Shown: positions 58,019-64,000 of the stretch, piece by piece
How positions within the stretch are numbered: the first letter of the stretch is position 1
How the letters are laid out: each line of letters starts with the position of its first letter
Assembly: GCA_046331705.1 (NCBI GenBank)
Contig: JAXLQJ010000006.1
Span: 1-64,000 of the forward strand
Reading direction: 5' to 3'
Origin: a bacterium
Lineage (GTDB): Bacteria; JADJOY01
Length of the DNA: 64,000 nucleotides
Program-made: the position numbers and the translations under genes
Notes under the pieces: generated by a model
What the model was told of the DNA's origin: nothing
Database searches by the model: none
What the model saw: the letters and a program-made list of their open reading frames with translations, nothing else

Positions 58019-60154
58019 TCAGCCGACCGGTCCGCGGCGAGCGGCGGTGTCGAGCGCGGCGGCCGCGGCTGGCGCAGTCGACGATGGCACGCTGGCGGCG
58101 TCGGTGGCGGCGTTGGGGGGATCCAGCACGACCGGCCAGCGCGCGTCGATCCGGCCGATCGAGGTCACGGGGGCGCGGGGGGTGGGCTGACCGGTGTCGT
58201 CGTAGGCCCACTCGACGAACTCCTGCGTCAGTTTCCGGTAGTTCCAGCGGGCCCGCAACTCGAGCTCGCCAGCGGCGACGTCGGCTGGGATCGCCACGCT
58301 GTAGCGATCGACGATCGACTCGCTGTTGGCGACCTGGCGCTCGATCTTCTCCTCGCCGGTCGCCCAGATGCGGTGAAAGCGAAGGCGCTCGCCGTGCTCG
58401 TCGGTGACGTAGCCGCCCAGCCGATGCGCCGCCGGGTCGACGTAGCCGCGTTCGTCGATCGCGCCGCTCGCGAGCAGCGTGCGTCCCGCGGCATCGCGGA
58501 GCTCCACCTCTAGCCACACGTCGATCAGGTCGAGCGGCGCCGCGGGGAAATGGTGCTCGATCCCCACGTTGGTGGTGTTGATGCGGAGCTCGACCGATTG
58601 GCCGGGCCGCACCTCGCCCACCAAGTCCGCGGACGTGCGCAGCCACAGCGCCCGGTGCTGGCCGCTCTCGCCGCGCGGACGCAGCTCCCACGCCGAGCCC
58701 CAATTGTCCAAGTAGAGCCGCTTCTCGCCGGTCAGGTAGCCCTGCACGGTCGCGACCGTGGAGGCGTCGGCGAGGACCGCGGGCACGGCGGTGTTGGCGC
58801 CCGGGAAGAGGTGGTTGTGCGAGCTACCGGGCCGGTCGAGCATCGGTTGCGGCTGCATGTGGCACGAGGTGCACTTCGGCCGCTCGAAGCCGGGGTCCAC
58901 CGATGCGTGGATCTCGTTGTGGTGGCACGCGAGACAGAGCTCGTTCTCGCCCACCAGCCGCGTGCGCAGCGCGCGCCCGTGGCCGATGGGATTCATGCGG
59001 ATCAGCGCCAGCGAGAGCGCGCTCGGCTCCTCGGCGCCAGCGGCGTCGACGAACATGCGCAGGTGCGCGATGGGCGGGTCGAGGACGAACGTCGATCGCT
59101 GCGGCCCGGCGTCGAGGTTCACCTCGCGAATCGCGTGACACGAGACACAGGTGAAGCCGGGCGCCTCCTCGTAGTGACGAAACCCGGGCTGGTCGGTGGC
59201 GACGGCGAGCGGATAGTGGCAACCCGCGCACACCAGCGTGTCGTGCGCGCCGCGCTCGCTTTCCAGGAGCTCCACGGTGCGCTGGAAATGGTGCGTTCGC
59301 GGTGAGCGCAGGTGGTTCGAATGCTCGTAGTCGTCCACGATCGTCGGATGGCAATCGACCAGCGCGCACGAGCGCATGGCGCCGAGCGCCACGCGGTCGG
59401 TGCCCGTGAAGGGGGCCGCCGGCGCGGCGGGGTGCGTGCCATCCGGGTTGCGCCCGAGGAGCGTGGGCGCGGGTGTCGTGTGCGAGAGCTGCTCGTACGC
59501 GACGAGCCCCACCAGCACCGCCGCCACCGCGCCGACCGCCGCGGTGGCGTAACGCAGGTCGCGCTGGGCCTCGCTGGCGGCGGCGCCCTCGCGGCGCTCC
59601 GCGCGATAGACCTGAATGAAGAGGACGTGCGTGACGTAGAGCGCTGCGCCGACCAAGGCCAGCACACGGTGCAGGATCAACGTGTCGTGGGCGACCGGCG
59701 ACCCGTGCCAGGGAAAGAGCGCGGCGCCGGTCGCGAGGGCCACCGCCCAGGCCAGCAGGGTCAGGCTGCCGAGGACGATCGACGGCACGTGCCGCAATCG
59801 CCCCACGACGAACGCGAGCATGCCGCGCACCGGCTTGAAGAGCAGCGCCACGGCGGCGGCGAACGGCACCCAGCGCAGCGCGCGAAGGCTCACGAGCCCT
59901 TCGCCGAAGACGATGCCGAGGGTCGGCAGCAGCAAGAAGACGGCGAGACCGCCCGCGCCCACCTTCACCTGCGACTTGAGCTTGTCGCGCAGGTGCTTGG
60001 CCGCGTAGCCGATGAGGATCAGCGTGGCGGCGATGCCGAGCAGCGGGTGCAGGATCAGATTCCAGCGATAGGCGGCGTTCCAGGAGTCGCTGGCGATCAC
60101 GTACACGCCCGAGGCGATCGTGAGCGCGATGAGCCAGTTGGTGACGCGGCTCAT
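58019..60154 (-). CDS. Membrane-bound multiheme cytochrome c (4 CxxCH plus one CX4CH), paralog of 53000-55291
   Basis: N-terminal TMs; CALVDCH, CAGCH, CVSCH, CLACH, CTSCH; HNHLFPG; HHFP..DVWLEV..SGAID..VDPAA. Confidence 0.85.
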   Translation of the reverse strand: MSRVTNWLIALTIASGVYVIASDSWNAAYRWNLILHPLLGIAATLILIGYAAKHLRDKLKSQVKVGAGGLAVFLLLPTLGIVFGEGLVSLRALRWVPFAAAVALLFKPVRGMLAFVVGRLRHVPSIVLGSLTLLAWAVALATGAALFPWHGSPVAHDTLILHRVLALVGAALYVTHVLFIQVYRAERREGAAASEAQRDLRYATAAVGAVAAVLVGLVAYEQLSHTTPAPTLLGRNPDGTHPAAPAAPFTGTDRVALGAMRSCALVDCHPTIVDDYEHSNHLRSPRTHHFQRTVELLESERGAHDTLVCAGCHYPLAVATDQPGFRHYEEAPGFTCVSCHAIREVNLDAGPQRSTFVLDPPIAHLRMFVDAAGAEEPSALSLALIRMNPIGHGRALRTRLVGENELCLACHHNEIHASVDPGFERPKCTSCHMQPQPMLDRPGSSHNHLFPGANTAVPAVLADASTVATVQGYLTGEKRLYLDNWGSAWELRPRGESGQHRALWLRTSADLVGEVRPGQSVELRINTTNVGIEHHFPAAPLDLIDVWLEVELRDAAGRTLLASGAIDERGYVDPAAHRLGGYVTDEHGERLRFHRIWATGEEKIERQVANSESIVDRYSVAIPADVAAGELELRARWNYRKLTQEFVEWAYDDTGQPTPRAPVTSIGRIDARWPVVLDPPNAATDAASVPSSTAPAAAAALDTAARRGPVG

Positions 60155-60500
60155 GGCGTGAGGCGCGCGACTCGGCACGCGTGGCCGTGCGCCGACCAAC
60201 TGGACGGCGGCTCGAGTGAGAGCGTCTTCAGGGGCGTGGCGAGCACGCTGGTTCGATTCGTGACGGTGCCGCGGCGGCGAGGCGACGACGAGCCCGAGCG
60301 TGGCTTCGGAAGGGACTCGGATCGTAGCGTCCGGCGGAACGAAGGGTCAAACCACGGCGCTCCCCGCGCCGCGCCATCCGGACCCGTCGCGCGGGGCTCG
60401 GCTTCCTTGACCCCTTCGCGCGCGCTTTGCGATCATCGGGGCGCCGCGCCGCATCGCGCCGCGCGGCGCTTTCGCAACCACACGACGGGGAGGGTACGAG

Positions 60501-60968
60501 ATGAGACGAGCTTGGCTCGCGCTGGTGGCGCTCTGGGTGGCGACGCCGGCGTTCGCGACGACGATGGTGGCGCTCGACGTGGGGCAGCTCGCGCGCCACT
60601 CGAACGCGGTGGTGATCGGCAAGGTCGGCGACGTGCACGTCCAGGCCGACAAGCCGGGCGTGCCGCTCACGCGCGCGATCGTGCACGTGAGCGAGTCGCT
60701 GCGCGGCGACCTGTCCGGTGACGTCGAGGTGCTCTCGCCCGGATTCCCGGGCTCGCCGAGCTTCGCCTCGGGCGACGAGCTGGTGCTCTTCATCACCAGC
60801 CGCGACGGCCTCAACGTGTTGACCGGCTACCAGCAAGGGCATTTCCGCGTCCTGCACGACAAGGACGGCAACCGCGTGCTGGATCGTGCTCTTCCCACCC
60901 ACGATCGTGCCGCGGCCGGCTCGCGCTCGCTCGACGATCTCATCCGCCTCGTGCGCGCGGCGAACTGA
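60501..60968 (+). CDS. Secreted hypothetical protein
   Basis: RBS GGGAGG; signal peptide ending AFA; TTMVALDVGQLARHSNAVVIGKV; co-oriented with the protease. Confidence 0.75.
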   Translation: MRRAWLALVALWVATPAFATTMVALDVGQLARHSNAVVIGKVGDVHVQADKPGVPLTRAIVHVSESLRGDLSGDVEVLSPGFPGSPSFASGDELVLFITSRDGLNVLTGYQQGHFRVLHDKDGNRVLDRALPTHDRAAAGSRSLDDLIRLVRAAN

Positions 60969-60983
60969 GGGAGGATCTCGATC

Positions 60984-62246
60984 ATGAACCACACCACGTT
61001 CGGATCTCGCCTGCGCTCGGCGCTGCTCGCCATCGCGGTCGTGGCGACGCCGCTCTCGGCGTTCGCCGGCGGCCAGCTCTATCTCTTGAGCAACAATCCG
61101 CCGCACTGGACCACGGGCCAGTACCCGGTCGGCTACAACATCAATCCCGGCTCGGCGACGGGAAACATCGACGGCGTCGATGCTCCCGCGCAGTTCGCCA
61201 ACGCCGTCATGTCGGCCTTCCAGAGCTGGGAGGATCTCGGCACGGCGACCATCACCTTCCAGCGCAACGCCGACTCGACGCTGCTCACCGACAACAGCGG
61301 CACCGACGGCGTCAATCTGATGGTCTTCAACAACGTCGCCATCGTCCAGGGAATCCCGCTGCCGTTGCCCGCGGGGGTCCTCGGCGTGACCAACACGTTC
61401 TTCGACACCACGACGGGCGTGATCTCGGGGGGAGCGATCACGCTCAACACCGAGCCGCTGCCGGACCATCCGAATCCCGACTACTCGACGTCCGGCGTGA
61501 ACGGCACGCTCGACGTGGAAGCGATCGTGCTGCACGAGGCGGGGCATTACATCGGGATGTGCCATTCCGCCGTGCGCAACAGCACCAACGGCGACCTGGT
61601 GGGCCAGCCCACCAACGCCGCCGTGATGTTCCCGTTCCTCGGTGACGACATCGCGGACTCGCGCGTGCCCGACGAGGACGACGTCGCGTGGGCGAGCAAG
61701 ATCTACCCCGCGCCGTCCTACGGCACGAGCTTCGGCGCGATTCAGGGCGATCTGCCGCTCGGCACCGGCGCCGGCTGCGGCGGCGGCGCCGACGGCGTGC
61801 ACGTGGTGGCGCGCCGGCTCGATCAGCTCGTCGGCGGGCAGCCGCGCATGGTGGTGGGAACCTACAGCTACACCGAGGACGGTCCGCAAGGGCGCTGGAC
61901 CATCCCGGGCTTGCCGCCAGGCCAGTACGCCGTGTGGGCCGAGCCGCTCGACGGGAGCCCCGTCAGCAATCTGCAGGTGAACAGCCGCACCCAGTTCGGC
62001 GCCACGACCAACATCCTCGAGGATTGGTACTCGGGATCGAACGAGTCGGGCACCGAGCCCAACCCGGGCGACGTCTCGACCGCGACGCTCGTCACGGTGA
62101 CGGCCGGCCAGACGACCAGCGGCAAGAACATCCAGGTGCAGACGGCGGCGGCGGTGAACGGCCTGGTGCCGATGGCCGCGCCCATCGGGCTCTTGCTCGC
62201 GAGTCGGCGCGTGCGGCGTCGCCGCGTGCGCGCGCTCGACGCCTGA
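60984..62246 (+). CDS. Matrixin-like (metzincin) zinc metalloprotease with a C-terminal hydrophobic/Arg-rich tail
   Basis: Signal peptide; HEAGHYIGMCH; Met-turn AVMFP; GLPPGQY domain. Confidence 0.85.
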   Translation: MNHTTFGSRLRSALLAIAVVATPLSAFAGGQLYLLSNNPPHWTTGQYPVGYNINPGSATGNIDGVDAPAQFANAVMSAFQSWEDLGTATITFQRNADSTLLTDNSGTDGVNLMVFNNVAIVQGIPLPLPAGVLGVTNTFFDTTTGVISGGAITLNTEPLPDHPNPDYSTSGVNGTLDVEAIVLHEAGHYIGMCHSAVRNSTNGDLVGQPTNAAVMFPFLGDDIADSRVPDEDDVAWASKIYPAPSYGTSFGAIQGDLPLGTGAGCGGGADGVHVVARRLDQLVGGQPRMVVGTYSYTEDGPQGRWTIPGLPPGQYAVWAEPLDGSPVSNLQVNSRTQFGATTNILEDWYSGSNESGTEPNPGDVSTATLVTVTAGQTTSGKNIQVQTAAAVNGLVPMAAPIGLLLASRRVRRRRVRALDA

Positions 62247-62292
62247 TCTCCTTCGAAGCGCAGGCGCGCGGCTCGTCCGCCGCGCGCCGCAA

Positions 62293-62329
62293 AGAACGCC
62301 CCGCCGGGATCGGCGGGGCGTTCTCGTTT
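62293..62329. terminator. Probable bidirectional terminator between convergent genes
   Basis: 14-bp stem AGAACGCCCCGCCG-GGAT-CGGCGGGGCGTTCT, with A-rich and T-rich flanks. Confidence 0.7.
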
Positions 62330-62345
62330 CCAGCGCGTGGGCGCG

Positions 62346-62909
62346 TCAGCCGAAGCCGGGAAGCGTGAGCGTGGTCGCCGCTCGGGGTGCGGCACGGCTC
62401 GCCGGCCTCGCGCCAGTGGCGGCGTCGGCTTCGGTGCGGCGCGCTTCGAGGTCGAGGAGCGTGCGTTTGCGCTCGAGCCCGCCGCCGTAGCCGGTGAGCG
62501 AGCCGTCGGCGCCGATCACGCGGTGGCACGGGATGACGATCGCGATCGGATTGCGGCCGTTGGCGAGGCCGACGGCGCGCGTGGCCGTGGGCTGGCCGAT
62601 GCGCTCGGCGAGGGTCCGGTAACTGATCGTGGCGCCGTAGGGGATCGCGCGCAGTGCTTGCCAGACGCGGCGCTGGAAGTCGGTCCCCGCCGGTTCGAGC
62701 GGCAGATCGAATTCCCGGCGCGCGCCGGCGAAATACTCGGTGAGCTCGGCGCGCGCGCGCTCGAGCAGCGCGTCCGCCTCGCGCCGATCGTCGTCGGCCA
62801 GCGGCTGATCGGGATCGTCGAGCATTTCAAGCGCCACCAGCGCGCGACCGTTGGAGCGCAGGCGCAGACGGCGGATCGGGCTATCCATCTCCACGACGTA
62901 CGAAACCAT
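62346..62909 (-). CDS. ogt: Methylated-DNA--protein-cysteine methyltransferase
   Basis: GTDFQRRVW..IPYG, RAVGLANGRNP, active site IPCHRV, GYGGGLERK. Confidence 0.93.
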   Translation of the reverse strand: MVSYVVEMDSPIRRLRLRSNGRALVALEMLDDPDQPLADDDRREADALLERARAELTEYFAGARREFDLPLEPAGTDFQRRVWQALRAIPYGATISYRTLAERIGQPTATRAVGLANGRNPIAIVIPCHRVIGADGSLTGYGGGLERKRTLLDLEARRTEADAATGARPASRAAPRAATTLTLPGFG

Positions 62910-63097
62910 GATCGCGAGCCTCCTCGAAGCGTTCGATGGGCGCAACGTAGCGACTTCCGCGCCGGCGCGCTCGCCGGATTCGGACGTCGTAGAACCGGCC
63001 ACGTGGAACTTACGGAAGGTCTTTCGCGGCGCGCCCGCGTTCTGGCATCATCAACCTGCCGACCGGTAGGCGGCATTCTCTCCTCGCTGGAGGCCCC

Positions 63098-64000
63098 ATG
63101 GCCCGCGCAGCCTCGTCCCTTCGATCCAAGCCGTCGCCGCGAGCCCGCGCCGCGAAGCCGCGCGCCGCGACTGGAAAGCCCGTCGCCGCTACCGACGAAG
63201 CCGAGCACGTCGGCAGGCGCGATCTCGAGGCCACGCTCGCGGAGCTTCGCAGCCGGGTCTCCGACCCGCGCGCCGGGCTCTTCGGCCCGTCCAGCATGAT
63301 GTGGGAGATCGGCCGCGAGTCGGCGTGCTTCCTGGGTGGCGGACGCGCGGCGCTCTTGCAGCTCGCTCATCCGTACGTCGCGCACGGCGTCGATCAGCAC
63401 TCGAAGACCCGCACCGATCCATTCGGTCGTTTTCAACGCACGTTCGCGAACGTGTTCGACATGATCTACGGCGACCTCGACTCGGCGCTCGAGTCGGCGC
63501 GCCGCGTTCACCAGATCCACGCCCGCATCCATGGGCCGATCCGCGAGAAGGTCGGCCGATACGCCGAGGGCGACCGCTATCGCGCCAACGAGGTCCCGGC
63601 GTTGATGTGGGTCCACGCGACGCTCTGGGACTCGGCGGTGCAGGCGTTCGAGCTGGTGGTGCGGAAGCTCACCGCCGCCGAGAAGGACCGCTACTACGAG
63701 GAGACGAAGCTCTTCGCGCTGCTCTTCGGCATCCCGCTCGCGGCGTTGCCGCCCGACTGGGCGAGCTTCGCCGCCTACAACCGCCGCATGTGGGAGTCCG
63801 AGGACGTGGTGGTGGGAGACGCGGCGCGCGAGATCGCTTCGTTTCTGCTCACGCCGCCGGACCGCTTGCTCACGCCGGTGACCGCGTGGGCGAAGATCGT
63901 CACCGCCGGGCTGCTGCCGCCGCGCATTCGCGCGGGCTTCGGGCTGCGCTTCGGCGTGTCGGAGCGGCGAGTCTTCGACGCGACGATCCGCGCGCTCCGC
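63098..64000 (+). CDS. Oxygenase MpaB/DUF2236-family protein, runs off the window end
   Basis: RBS GGAGG; GLFGPSSMMWE, GGRAALLQLAHPYVAHGV.QHS, YRAN...LMWVHATL. Confidence 0.85.
   Translation, partial: MARAASSLRSKPSPRARAAKPRAATGKPVAATDEAEHVGRRDLEATLAELRSRVSDPRAGLFGPSSMMWEIGRESACFLGGGRAALLQLAHPYVAHGVDQHSKTRTDPFGRFQRTFANVFDMIYGDLDSALESARRVHQIHARIHGPIREKVGRYAEGDRYRANEVPALMWVHATLWDSAVQAFELVVRKLTAAEKDRYYEETKLFALLFGIPLAALPPDWASFAAYNRRMWESEDVVVGDAAREIASFLLTPPDRLLTPVTAWAKIVTAGLLPPRIRAGFGLRFGVSERRVFDATIRALR

Overview
This is high-GC bacterial DNA whose gene repertoire resembles Myxococcota/delta-proteobacterial lineages (inference). (1) Positions 1-13 kb and 28.8-32.8 kb form a copper/heme/redox cluster: mbnP-mbnH, a CcmH-like protein, a Tat-exported copper storage protein, a YtkA-like His/Met lipoprotein, a cytochrome c'-like protein, a CxxC/His-rich barrel protein, cobB-cobQ and a RegB/RegA pair. 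It also holds an intact cytochrome c oxidase subunit I paralog that keeps the three heme His ligands but has lost all three CuB His. A GCGAC-N5-GTCGC (RegA/RegR-type) palindrome recurs in five divergent intergenic regions of this cluster. (2) A GAF-sigma54 activator sits between two sigma54 promoters. (3) A kdp locus (split kdpD, separate kinase, sigma54 response regulator) is interrupted by an AAA_14 ATPase and an hsdR relic. kdpA is cut at ~22.48 kb by a ~6.3-kb inverted, indel-riddled copy of positions 1-6.5 kb, most likely a long-read chimera or misassembly. (4) ispB, comEA and a GT4 are followed by a coupled operon encoding an FHA-GAF histidine kinase, a HEAT-repeat-PilT fusion, PilT and a repeat-containing Ser/Thr kinase, with an FHA-GGDEF gene nearby. 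(5) WS/DGAT and an LVIVD protein are followed by two paralogous membrane-anchored pentaheme cytochromes. These flank a degenerate spermidine-synthase-like membrane protein and a stand-alone 19-codon Pro-rich ORF with its own promoter, RBS and terminator. (6) The window ends with a matrixin-like metalloprotease pair, ogt and a partial MpaB/DUF2236 gene. No rRNA, tRNA, CRISPR array or transposase was recognised. All family calls come from motif recognition by eye, not database searches.
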